A stretch of DNA of 64,000 bases from Eledone cirrhosa (taxonomy: Eukaryota): positions 12,400,001 through 12,464,000 of the forward strand of contig OZ024754.1 in assembly GCA_964016885.1 (NCBI GenBank), in the 5' to 3' direction. The translations under genes and the position numbers were made by a program. The notes under the pieces were generated by a model. That model saw nothing but the letters and a program-made list of their open reading frames with translations. It made no database searches and was not told the origin of the DNA. This document shows, in pieces, positions 27,975 to 40,097 of the stretch (positions within the stretch are counted from its first letter, which is position 1; the number at the start of each line of letters is the position of its first letter).

Positions 27975-28012
<38 letters not shown>

Positions 28013-28338
28013 TAGAAAGATGAGAGTCAGGAAAGAGTGTGATGTTAGAGAGAGAGGGGGAAAGAGAGGAAAGAGTGTGGTGTGTGAGAAAGAGAGAGAG
28101 GGAGGGGAAAGAGTGTGATATGTAAAAGAGAGAGAGATATAGATAGAGAGAGAGAGAGAGATAGAGATAGAGAGAGAGTGAGGGGAAAGAGTGTGATATG
28201 TAAGAGAGAGAGAGATAGATATAGATAGAGAGAGAGAGGGGGGGAAAGAGTGTGATATGTAAGAGAGAGAGAGATAGATAGATAGAGTGAGAGATAGAGA
28301 TAGAGAGAGAGAGGGGGAAAGAGTGTGATATGTAAGAG

Positions 28339-28401
<63 letters not shown>

Positions 28402-28470
28402 GGGGCGGGAAAGAGTGTGATATGTAAGAGATAGATAGATAGATAGATAGATAGAGAGTGAGAGAGAGAG
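27960..28470. repeat. GA-rich minisatellite with recurring ggaaagagtgtgatatgtaagag
   Basis: About seven units. Confidence 0.85.
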
Positions 28471-28599
28471 CAAATGGGAGACAAATTATAATATTAGCTT
28501 GGTTGAGTGGTAATTAACTGAACTAATTAATGCTTTCAAAATGAACATATTCCCACAACACTAACAGCAAGGTACTTATAGTGGTAGTGGTGGTAGTAG

Positions 28600-29218
28600 C
28601 CACTACCACCACTACCACTGGCACCACCATTAGTACTATCAGCACCATTAAAACCACCACTACCACCATCACTACTACCACCACCACCACCATCACCATT
28701 ACCACCACAACTACCGCCATCACCACTACCACCATTACCACCGCAACTACCACCACCACTACCACCATCAACACCACTGCTACTTATAGCACCATTACCA
28801 CCACCACTACCATTACCACTGCAACTACCCCCACCACTACCACCACCACTACTACCACCGTTACCATCACCATTTCCATCACAACTACCACCATCACAAT
28901 TACCACCACTACTACCACCACTGCTACCACCATCACAATTACCACCACAACAACCACCTTCAACATCATCACAACAACCAACAGTACCGCCACCTTCACC
29001 ACTGCAACAACCACTACCACCGCCACCACCTTCACCACTGCAACAACCACTACCACCACCACCACCACCTTCACCACTGCAACAACCACCACTACCACCT
29101 TCACCACTGCAACAATCACTACCACCACCACCACCTTCACCACTGCAATCAACACTACCACTACACCATTACCACCACCACCACCACCACCACCTTTACC
29201 ACTGCAACCAACATTACC
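28600..29218. repeat. (ACC)n-type trinucleotide tract
   Basis: Direct inspection. Confidence 0.9.
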
Positions 29219-29512
29219 ACTTTGCCTTTCATCCTTATGGGGTCGATAAAATAAAGTACCAGTAATGTACTGGGTAATTGCTGGCCTTGTGCCAAAGGTA
29301 AGAAACAATTATTATTAGCAGAAACGGTGGATTGGCAGATTCGATAGAGGGTCGGACGCCATGCTTTGACGCATAGAGTTACGGCTCTTGCCATTCTGAG
29401 TTCAAATCCCGCCGAGGTTAACTTTGCCTTTCATCCTTACGAGGTCGATAAAATAAAGTACCAGTAATGTACTGGGTGATTGCTAGCCTTGTGCCAAAAG
29501 TAGAAACAATTA
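29219..29512 (+). mobile_element. Two tandem S1 SINEs
   Basis: S1 consensus match. Confidence 0.85.
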
Positions 29513-30124
29513 TTATTATTAGTCTTATTTTCATTGCATGTTATCACTGTGTTACTGAGCACAGCTCTATGTGCCTTGGGTATGTGCAGTGTTGTATTTG
29601 TAATTTTTATTGTATTGAGAGTACTCTATATGCAGTGCTCTGTAGTGCTATTTTTTATATGCTGTATATATCTGTATCCTGGTTATGTATATTTTGGTTT
29701 TATCTTATCAATCCCAGAGCACCTATTATTATAGGGATTGGTTGACACACGACCGTGACTTCTGGCGTCACGCAGTAATACAGAGTACCCGACCTCCCAT
29801 GGGTACAAGCTGAAGCATATAGACAATATGCCCCCACACCCCCACACCACAAGGTGGTTGTGGAGGTGCCACGGCAAAAAAGCACCCAGCCCACACTGTA
29901 AAGTGGACGTGTAGGCGCCACGAAAAAGCACCCAGCACTCACTGTAAATGAGGTTGGTGTTAGGAAGGGCATCCAGCTGTAGAAATCAAGCCAAATCAGT
30001 TGTTGTATGAGCAAGGCATGGTCAGCCGACCAGACACTGCCCACAACAGGACAACCCGTCTAACCCATGCTAGCGTGGAAGAACGGACGTAAAACGGTGA
30101 TGATGATGATGATGATGATGATGA

Positions 30125-30377
30125 TTGGTTCTGTTTTCATCATCCTCTCTCTAGATCTTTATATTTGGATACTTTCTCCATTTCCTTGATACATAAAATT
30201 GTCAGCTGTTGGGGTCAATGCATCAATTAGTTAGAAGACATTTTTTTCTTTGAGGTCTTTGACAATAAAATCTAATCAGTGGGCTTTGATCTCACTGTTT
30301 GTGTATATTGGCATATCCCAGAGTATGGCTGCTTTGTCATTCTCTGTCATGTTTTCTGGTGAATGTTTGTACCACCT
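30125..30377 (-). mobile_element. Degenerate RLE-type (R4/Dong-like) non-LTR retrotransposon fragment
   Basis: WYKHSPENMTENDKAAILWDMPIYTNSEIKAH*LDFIVKDLKEKKCLL resembles the restriction-like endonuclease region. Confidence 0.7.
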
Positions 30378-30394
30378 TATTATTATTAATATTT

Positions 30395-31452
30395 ATCGGT
30401 AGAGGGTTGGACGCCATGCTTTGCAGCAAAGAGTTACGGCCCTTTATGATCTGAGTTCAAATCCTGCCGAGGTTAACTTTGCCTTTCATCCTTATGGGGT
30501 CGATAAAATAAAGTACCAGTAATGCACTGGGATAATTGCTGGCCTTGTGCCAAAAGTAGAAACAATTATTATTATTATTATGGATTGGCAGTATCGGTAG
30601 AGGGTCGGACGCCATGCTTTCCAGCATAGTTATGTCCCTTTACGATCTGAGTTCAAATCCCACCGAGGTTGACTTTGCCTTTCATCCTTACGCGGTCGAT
30701 AAAATAAAGTACCAGTAATGCACTGGAATAATTGCTGGCCTTGTGCCAAAAGTAGAAACAATTATTATTATTATTATTATTATTTTTATTGTGTACTATC
30801 ATTGCATTAGCAAGTGCAACTCTGTGTACCTTGGGTATGTGAAGAGAGTGGCTGTGCTAGCAACACAACATTAAATGCACAGTCCACCCTGTAAAGTGGT
30901 CTTGATGGTGACACAACAAAAGCATCCAGTCCACACTAAAAAGTGGTCATTTTGAAGCCAAACACCCAGTCCACACAAATCCCACTGAGGTTAACTTTGC
31001 CTTTCATCCTTACCGGGTTGATAAAATAAAGTACCAGTCATGCACTGGGGTCGATTTAATTGACTTACCCTCCCCGCCAAATTGCTGGCCTTGTGCCTAT
31101 ATAAGAAACCATTATTATTAGCCATGCTTTCCAACATAGTTACGTCCCTTTACGATCTGAGTTCAAATCCCGCCGAGATTGACTTTGCCTTTCAGCCTTA
31201 CGGGGTCGATAAAATAAAGTACCTGTAATGCACTGGGTAATTGCTGGCATTGTGCCTAAAGTAGAAACAATTATTATTATTATATTGGTAGAGCATCACA
31301 CACCATACTTTGCAACACAGAGTTATGTCCCTTTACGTTCTGAGTTCAAATCCCGCCGAGGTTAACTTTGCCTTTCATCCTTACGGGGTCGATAAAATAA
31401 AGCACCAGTAATGCACTGGGGTAATTGCTGGCCTTGTGCCAAAAGAAGAAAC
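30395..31452 (+). mobile_element. Cluster of five S1 SINEs
   Basis: S1 consensus matches separated by (ATT)n. Confidence 0.85.
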
Positions 31453-31500
31453 CTTCTTCTTCTTCTTCTTCTTCTTATTATTATTATTATTATTATTATT

Positions 31501-31878
31501 AGCGAGAATGGTCCGAGTGAACGGGACCACTCTGAATATACGTCTGTAGTTTGAGAGATGGAAAAATTGAGAGAGGGCGCTTGCCCTGGTGGTCAGGGTG
31601 GCCGTGGTCTTTTGTGTGGTTTTTCGCCACGAGTAACCCTCGGAGGTTTCCCCCCGTATTGGGGAATTTTTCATTGTTTCAATTTTCATTTTTATTGTTT
31701 ATATATATATATATGTTTCTATGTCCTTTTTTTTTTCTTTTCTTATATAAATAATAAAAATATTTACACGCACAAAACCCACATCGTACCGTCCTGTAAC
31801 GTCCTGTGCCGTCTGTAATGTGTTTCTTGATGTCAGCCCTTGTGGCCAATAAAGAAATCATTATTATTATTATTATTA
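31501..31878 (+). mobile_element. Tx1/L1-like LINE 3' end in (ATT)n
   Basis: ORF end ARMVRVNGTTLNIRL*, GC-rich 3' UTR, cagcccttgtggccAATAAAgaaa plus (att)n; clade assignment is from memory. Confidence 0.55.
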
Positions 31879-32339
31879 TCACTTTTAATATTGATGTTGC
31901 TGTTGTTGTTTTATTGGGGAATGATTAAATTTATTAAAAAATGTTATCAGCCACTTTCCCTTATCTTTGGGACAAATATACAAAAACTAAAACACACAAA
32001 ACAAACCACAACAACTTCAAATTGCCATCATCATTATTATCATAATCATCTGTGTTACAAGTAGCACCACCCTCATCCTCCTAATCTTCATTGAGATTAC
32101 CATTATCATCATCATAATCATAACCATTGTCATCACCACCACCACCACCACCACAACCTTTTATATTATTATAAATTTTATTCAGCCATTGTTTTGCAGT
32201 TTATTTCACTCTCCAAATACAAAATAATTTTTTTTTAATTTCTAAATTTTTTTTTTTGAAATTTCACTTTTATATTCTTAAAACTAAAAATAGTAATTAC
32301 TAAATACGTCAAAGAATAAAAAAAACAAAACAAATTTAC

Positions 32340-32406
32340 CAGAAGCCTATTGGCCAAACTCTGATCACTGGATTGAAATAGTTTCTCTAACTCTCCTTCT
32401 AAGGCC
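32340..32406 (-). CDS. Putative exon 9: (Q)ALEGELEKLFQSSDQSLANRLL
   Basis: Acceptor tttctgctacag; donor gtaaat; the only open frame is phase 2 to 0. Confidence 0.55.
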
Positions 32407-32786
32407 CTGTAGCAGAAACTAATAATTCAGAATAAAAAGTTAATTGCTTGCATCTTGAGAAAGGTGGTTAATTGGTTGCTACTGATTTCTAGAGGCATCT
32501 GGCCGAGTGGTAAGTGTGTTGGACTTATGTTCATAATGTTATTGGTTCAATTCCTGGACTAGGTTGTGTGTTGTGTTTTTGAGCAAAAAACACTTCATTT
32601 CATGTTGCTCCAATATACTCAGCTAAAACGGAGTACCAGCAATAACTGGAGGTTTAACCCTGCGATGGAGTAGTGTCCTGTCCAGTTGGGGTGGGGGATG
32701 GGAGTCAAAGACCATAACGAAATATTGCAATATATTTTCTGGGATGTTTTACCAATACCACCAATCCACTGCCCCAACGAGAAATA

Positions 32787-33200
32787 ATTGTTTCTACTTT
32801 AGGCACAAGGCCAGCAAATTACCCAGTGCATTACTGGTACTTTATTTTATCGACCTCGTAAGGATGAAAGGCAAAGTTAACCTCGGCGGGATTTGAACTC
32901 AGAATAGCAAGGGCCGTAACTCTATGCATCAAAGCATGGCGTCCGACCCTCTACCGATACTGCCAATTCACCGCCCAACGAGAAATAATGGTTTCTGATT
33001 TAGGCATAAGACCCACAATTTTCGAGATGGGGAAAATCGACTATACTGACTCAGGTGAATTACTGGTACTCTATTTTATCAATTCCGTAAGGATGAAAGA
33101 CAAAACTAACATCGGCAGGATTTGAACTCAGAATGTAAAGGGCTGGAATAAATACTTCACAAGTATTTCTTCCAATGCTCTACTGACACTGCCAATTGAT
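32787..33200 (-). mobile_element. Two S1-type SINEs
   Basis: Reverse-complement S1 matches. Confidence 0.8.
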
Positions 33201-33902
33201 TCCCCTTCCAAGGACAATTATACAAGACATCCTTTCCAACGCTTTAACACTTTCTCTAATACTTTATTTATTGATCTCAGAAGAATGGAAACAACATTGA
33301 TGTTAGCGGGATTTGAAATCAGAATGCAAAGAACCAGAATAATTATCACAAGAGATTTCATCAGACACTTTAATACTTCTGCTAATTTACAACTTACCAT
33401 GTATTTGGAAACTACAAACATAAAATACCTATGGTTGCTTTTATCAGCTTGTAACTAGCAGAAACAGCGCAATATCCTATTTAACATAAGTCATGAAGGA
33501 CTTAGAGGTTTGTGGGAGATGTATGGATTGCAATGTAACGTACTACCAACGGAGGTGAGATGTTGTGAATTCATAGCTAAATACACTTGTGGATTATAGC
33601 TAGATCCACTATCTCATACCTTGCATATTACAGTTAGATATGTTATCACATATCTAACTAGTATTGGACTTAGAAAGAATAGTACAGATGGGATTTATGA
33701 ACAAGAGAGGGAAGCAGAGAAAATACTTCAATATGGATATGGCAGAAATATTTGAGGGAAAAAACATTTGTTAAGAACAAAGAAAAATTTTTCAGTGAGG
33801 AATAAACAAAATAGTTCTTAAAGGATTGGAGTAGTTACAGCAGTAACAATACGAAATGAAAACGTATGCTATAGTGTGGGCCAAAAAAACCTAAACACTC
33901 AC

Positions 33903-33968
33903 TGGTTGCCTCCATCTGGCTTGGTGCTTCTTGGGAGAGTGGAACTGTTGAGAAGTGAATGAAATGTC
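33903..33968 (-). CDS. Putative exon 8: (R)TFHSLLNSSTLPRSTKPDGGN(Q)
   Basis: Acceptor ctttcaatgcag; strong donor gtgagt; phase 2 to 2. Confidence 0.55.
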
Positions 33969-34219
33969 CTGCATTGAAAGCTGTTTATAGGACATTGGAT
34001 TAGCAGTATTGGTAGAGGGCCAGACACCATGCTTTGTAGCATAGAGTTATGGCCCTTTACGTTCAGAATTCAAATCCCGCTGAGGTTAACTTTGCCTTTC
34101 ATCCTTACTAGGTCGGTAAAATAAAGTACCAGTAATGCACTGGGATAATTGCTGGCCTTGTGCCAAAAGTAGAAACAATTAAATATATATATATAATACT
34201 CAATATATATAATTATCAA

Positions 34220-34560
34220 TGGAGGCACATGGCTTAGTGGTTAGAGCATTCGCCTTACAATCAGAAGGATGTGAGTTCAATTCTCAGACCGGGTGATGTG
34301 TTGTTTCCTTGAGCAAGACACTTTATTTCACATTGCTCCAGTTTACTCAGCTGTAGAAATGAGATGATAGGGACTGGGGTCCCTATCATTCCACTGCAAA
34401 GTGGTCGTGGAGGTGCCACGGCAAAAAAACACCCAGCACTCACTGTAAATGAGGTTGGTGTTAGGAAGGGCATCCAGCTGTAGAAATCAAGCCAGAATCA
34501 ATTCCCGCCCCACCCTTGCAAGCAGGGAAAAGCGGACGTAAAATGAAATGATGATGATGA
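34220..34560 (+). mobile_element. Full-length S2 SINE (tRNA head, CORE-like body, RTE 3' tail)
   Basis: A-box TGGCTTAGTGG, B-box GAGTTCAATTC, ccttgagcaagacactt, tail ggacgtaaaatg(atg)n; flanked by S1 copies at 33997-34180 and 34583-34752. Confidence 0.85.
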
Positions 34561-35099
34561 TACATAGGGCAGTATGATGATGATTGGCAGTATCGGTAGA
34601 GAGTCGGACACCATGCTTTGAAGCATAGAGTTATGTCCCTTTATGATCTGAGTTCAAATCCCGCCAAGGTTGACTTTGCCTTTCATCCTTACGGGGTCGA
34701 TAAAATAAAGTACATGTACTTTTGCTGGCCATGTGCCAAAAATAGAAAGAATTATATTTATATATATATATATATATATATATACTTATATATATATGAT
34801 GATGGCTGCCCCCTCGTTATCGAGTATGGCCATTGCACGATATACCATTATTAATAATTATCAATTAATTCTATCGTGCAATGCCTGCATGTGAAGATTT
34901 TTTAAAGTGAGGAAAGACTGTGCACTGAGCCAATCCCACTCTCTGAGCGACAGTAGCTATAACAAGAAAAGATCAACATCATCGGTAACTACTGAGCCGC
35001 AGGTTTTAGGTCGGAGTTATCCTAGTTTCCTGAGTTGTCTTCTCCTAGAAGAATGCCCACATATATATACACACACATACATTTATATCATCATCATCC

Positions 35100-35290
35100 T
35101 CATCACCATCATCATTTTACGTCCACTTTTCCCTGCTTGCAAGGGTGGGACGGGTCCTATTCAGCACAGCATCTCTCCACTTGTAATGATCCTTCGTCAT
35201 CTCCACCGTGAGCTTCAGCGATCTGAGGTCTGCTCTTACCACCTCCACCCATGTTTTTTTGTGGTCTTCCTCTACGTCTTCCTTCTACTG
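35100..35290 (-). mobile_element. RTE LINE 3' end
   Basis: KKTWVEVVRADLRSLKLTVEMTKDHYKWRDAVLNRTRPTLASREKWT* followed by (GAT)n. Confidence 0.75.
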
Positions 35291-35304
35291 GGATTTCTTA
35301 TATA

Positions 35305-35649
35305 TCATCATCATCATTTCATTTTACGTCCACTTTTCCCTGTTTGCAAGGGTGGGACGGGAACTGATTCTGGCTTGATTTCTACAGCTGGATGCCCTTC
35401 CTAACACCAACCTCATTTACAGTGAGGAATGGGTGCTTTTTTTTTTGCCGTGGCACCTCCACGACCACTTTGCAGTGGAATGATAGGGACCCCAGTCCCT
35501 ATTATCTCATTTCTACAGCTGAGTAAACTGGAGCAATATGAAATAAAGTGTCTTGCTCAAGGAAACAACACATCACCCGGTCTGAGAATTGAACTCACAA
35601 CCTTTCGATTACAAGGCCAATGCTCTAACCACTAAGCCATGTGCCTCCA
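35305..35649 (-). mobile_element. Full-length S2 SINE
   Basis: Reverse complement of 34220-34560. Confidence 0.85.
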
Positions 35650-36220
35650 TATATGTAAATAGATACTGTAAAAAATACTGTATGGCATTTTGTGTGATTC
35701 TCTACCAATTTTGCCTCTTTGCTGCCCCTGAGGGTACATATAATAAGAGTTAGCCACTTGGCAGGGTTTGTGATATCTTAACAACTTATGATTCTTTGAA
35801 GGAATTTATAATTCATTGGAGAAAAATTAATGAACGAAATTTAAAAAAAAAATATATATATATATATATAAAAGCAACTGAATTTAAATTTCATCACAAT
35901 CTTTAAGAAAATGAAAACAAAAGTAAAAAATAAAAAAAAACATTATAACTTTTTTTTCTTAATTCTGTATTTGAAGTGTGAAAATGAATAAAAAAAAATG
36001 TTAAACTAGTTTTAAATATATAAAAAAAAAAGAATGGAAAAATATGAATAAAATAAAATAAAATAAAAAATAAAGTTTATAAAATTATATAAATATCAAA
36101 ATAAATAGAAATTAAAAAAATTACATACAAAACAAGTAAAACTAAAACTGAAAAGATCGATGAATTAAGATCAGTTCATTAGCAGAGTTCAATTATCTTT
36201 ATTGATTACAAGCAGAAAAC

Positions 36221-36260
36221 CTTGCTGTCAGCATTCCGACTTGGTTTTCATGAAGACTTT
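36221..36260 (-). CDS. Putative exon 7: (E)SLHENQVGMLTA(R)
   Basis: Acceptor atatccag; donor AG|gtttt; the only open frame is phase 1 to 2. Confidence 0.4.
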
Positions 36261-36638
36261 CTGGATATTTACAAGACTTTCATGTGTTGTTGTTGTCGTT
36301 GCTGTTGTTGTTTTTTGTGTGTATGTGCGTGTATGTATGTGTATGTGTGTATGTGTGTATGTATATGTGTGAGTGTGTATGTGTATGTGATGTATGTGTA
36401 TGTGAGAATGCGTACGTGTGTATATGTATATGTGTGTGTGTAGGTGTGCGTGTATGTGTGAGTGTGTATGTATGTGAGTGTATGTCTGTATGTGTGTGTA
36501 TGCGTGTAGCTATGCGTGTGTGTATGTGTGTATGTGTGCGTATGTATGTGTGTGTATGAATGTGTATGTGTGTGTGTGTATATGAGTGTGTGTATGAATG
36601 TGTATGTGTGTGGTAAAAATTTCATTATTTTGTCTTGC

Positions 36639-36666
36639 CCTGAAGCAGAGTTTTCATAAATGAAGG
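36639..36666 (-). CDS. Putative exon 6 (GC donor): PSFMKTLLQ(E)
   Basis: Acceptor ctactatcag; donor CAGG|gcaaga; phase 0 to 1 bridges its neighbours. Confidence 0.35.
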
Positions 36667-37742
36667 CTGATAGTAGCAGTTCTTCATGAACAGCCGTGAT
36701 TTCAGGGTAATTTAGAAAATACTACTAATAACAATAATTGTTTCTACTTTTGGCACAAGGCCAGCAATTACCCAGTGTATTACTGGTACTTTATTTTATC
36801 GACCCCATAAGGATGAAGGGCAAAGTTAACCTCGGCGGGATACTACTAATAACAATAATGTCTACATTTTGCACAAGAGCAGCAATTTGAAGGGAAGGGG
36901 AACGTCGATTAGATCGACTCCAGTACATTACTGGTACTCAAATCAATCTCAGTGTGTTACTGGTACTGTTCATGGACCCTGTAAGGATGAAAGACAAAGC
37001 TAACCTTGGAGGGATTTTAACTCAGAATGTAAAGGGCCATAACTGAGAGTCCCCCTGCATTTTGTCCGACACTCTATTAATTCTGCCAGTCTGCAGCCCT
37101 TGCCATGAATTGGCAGATAAAAAGCACCAATCTGATCATCTTTATCATTGTTTCGTATCCACTTTCCCTGTTAGAAAGGGTTGGATGGGCCATCAGCAGA
37201 TCAGGTTGATATTGAAGCTGGAAACCTGCATCTCACTTATATGCATTCCTGCACTTAACCAAGTGCTCAGATGGATCGGTCACCTGCAATTCATTTGCAT
37301 GTTATTTCATACACTACCAGATGTATTTTATCATGACACCAGCATGACATATAAGTACATAATTCCATTAACAAGAACAGTATAACTGCAGTAGCAAAAG
37401 CTAAATTGAATAGGTGACAAAACATACACTTATATGCACACATATTCACACACATCCACTCACTCTCTCATGCACACATTTATTGTACACTCACACACAC
37501 ACACACATACACACATGCTATACAGGAAATTGTTTATGTAAAAAAATCTCTACAAAACAAATCCATCAGTAAATATAGAAAACAATACCCACAGCAAAAT
37601 AGAACATTGCATTTGCCACTAAAGGGCTCGCAGTATCTGTTTAAAGACAAGTTACTCAGTGGTATTCATAAATCTACATAATGTTAATGCATTTATTTAT
37701 GTAAAGAATTCATTTCATCACCAGCACAATTGCTTCACTTAC

Positions 37743-37833
37743 TGCAGCAAAATATGCAATCATAAAGAATACTGTAAAATGCATAACAGTGGCATCAAGT
37801 GCAATATTCTTATATGTAGCCATGTATTGTTGG
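37743..37833 (-). CDS. Putative exon 5: QQYMATYKNIALDATVMHFTVFFMIAYFAA (hydrophobic, TM-like)
   Basis: Acceptor cttattaacag; consensus donor gtaagt; phase 2 to 0. Confidence 0.6.
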
Positions 37834-37919
37834 CTGTTAATAAGTAAGAAATGAAAGGCATATTCATACATAATGACCATATGTATATGGAAAAATATGT
37901 ATATATGTGTATATATACA

Positions 37920-37948
37920 TATGTGTGTATGTGTTTGTATGAATATAG

Positions 37949-37987
<39 letters not shown>

Positions 37988-38562
37988 TATGCATATAGAT
38001 ATGCGTGTGTTTGCATACAGATATGTGTGTGTGTGTTTGTATGAATATAGATGTGTGTGTGTGTGTGTGGGTATGCATATAGATATGCGTGTGTGTGTGT
38101 TTGTATGAATATAGATGTGTGTGTGTTTGCATATAGATATGTGTGTGTTTGTATGAATATAGATGTGTGTGTGTGTGTGTGTGGGTATGCATATAGATAT
38201 GCGTGTGTTTGCATACAGATGTGTGTGTGTGTGTGTTTGTATGAATATAGATGTGTGTGTGTGCGTGTGTGTGTGTGTTTGTATGCATATAGATATGCGT
38301 GTGTTTGCATACAGATATGTGTGTGTGTGTGTGTTTGTATGAATATAGGTGCGTGTGTGTGTGTGTGTGTGTGGGTATGCATATAGATATGCGTGTGTTT
38401 GCATACAGATATGTGTGTGTGTGTTTGTATGAATATAGATGTGTGTGTGTGGGTATGCATACAGATATGCTTGTGTTTGCATATAGATGTGTGTGTGTGT
38501 GTTTTTATGAATATAGATGTGTGTGTGTGTGTGTGTGTTTGTATGAATATAGATGTGTGTGC

Positions 38563-38597
<35 letters not shown>

Positions 38598-39100
38598 TGC
38601 ATATAGATATGCGTGTGTTTGCATATAGATATGTGTGTGTGTGTGTTTGTATGAATATAGATGTGTGTGTGTGTGTGCGTGTGTGTGTGGGTATGCATAT
38701 AGATATGCGTGTGTTTGCAATAGATATGTGTGTGTGTGTTTGTATGAATATAGATGTGTGTGTGTGTGCGTGTGTGTGTGTGTGTTTGTATGCATATAGA
38801 TATGCGTGTGTTTGCATACAGATCTGTGTGTGTGTGTTTGTATGAATATAGATGTGTGTGTGTGCGTGTGTGTGTGTGTGGGTATGCATATAGATATGCG
38901 TGTGTTTGCATACAGATATGTGTATATGTTTGTTTCTATGCATATAAATATGTGTGTGTTTGTATGCATAGAGATATGTGTGTGTGTGTGTGTGCGTGTT
39001 TGTATGCATAGAGATATGTGTGTGTTTGTATATAGATATGTATGTGTGTTTATATTTATATAGATGTGTGGTTTTTCTATTCATATAGATGTGTGTGTAT
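37920..39100. repeat. TG-based minisatellite (tttgtatgaatatagat / atgcatatagatatgcg units)
   Basis: Direct inspection. Confidence 0.9.
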
Positions 39101-39243
39101 ATATACCAATCTATTTTAAGTTTTTCATTAATATTTTTACTAGTTTTAGTCATTAGACTAAGGCCATACTAGGGCACTGCCCTCAAATTATAGTCAAATA
39201 TATTGGCTCCCCATACCCTATGCCATGCCACCCTACATAAGAC

Positions 39244-39300
39244 CAGACTTCAGTTTCATAGTTCAGGTTGGTGGATGTCATTTCTGATTCATATTGAGAG
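39244..39300 (-). CDS. Putative exon 4b: (C)SQYESEMTSTNLNYETEV(C)
   Basis: Acceptor cttttgaaccag; weak donor gtctta; phase 2 to 2. Confidence 0.35.
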
Positions 39301-39712
39301 CTGGTTCAAAAGCCTTTTCCTGAACCATGAAACAACCTTCAGACATTTTGTGGTCCTGGGAACACAATGTAGGAAGCATACCCCCAAAGGATAGCAAGAT
39401 AGGTAAATTAAAATACCCATTCCCACGCACATTGAGTGTATATGGGGGGGGGGGGTCATTCTTGCTTATTTATTTGTTTATAGAGCTTGTACTGAAGGAG
39501 AAATATATATGGATTTAGAATATGTAGACTAGTAATGGTGATGGCATAACCACTCTCAATATATAATCAATATATCAATTTACTATGATCAATCAACTCT
39601 CTGAAATGATCATAAAACAATGAACTAATTAAAAACCTATCTTCGCCTTTTCTTTTATTTTCATTGTTCAACACCCTCCCCCCCCCACACACACATATAG
39701 ATCAGGAGTTAC

Positions 39713-39737
39713 CAGTTTAGACTAGTTAAGTTATCCA
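39713..39737 (-). CDS. Putative micro-exon 4a: (V)DNLTSLN(C)
   Basis: AAG acceptor (weak); donor gtaact; phase 1 to 2. Confidence 0.3.
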
Positions 39738-39786
39738 CTTGTTGTCAAAACAGCATGAGCCCTGCCATTGAGCATTAATTATTTAC

Positions 39787-39972
39787 GGTGGATTGGCAGT
39801 ATCGGTAGAGGGTCGGACGCCATGTTTTGACGTATAGAGTTACGGCCCTTGCCATTCCGAATTCAAATCCCGCCAAGGTTAACTTTGCCTTTCATCCTTA
39901 CGGGGTCGATAAAATAAAGTACCAGTAATGCACTGGGTAATTGCTGGCCTTGTGCCTAACGTAGAAACAATT
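39787..39972 (+). mobile_element. S1 SINE
   Basis: Consensus match. Confidence 0.85.
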
Positions 39973-40097
39973 AATTATTTACACACACACACACAGATAT
40001 ATATACATATATATAAATGGAAGGTTAGTAAAATTGAAGTTATGGCGGTGGCCAAGCTAACGAGATACAATTAGGTTTGCGGAAAGCACTCAATAAG

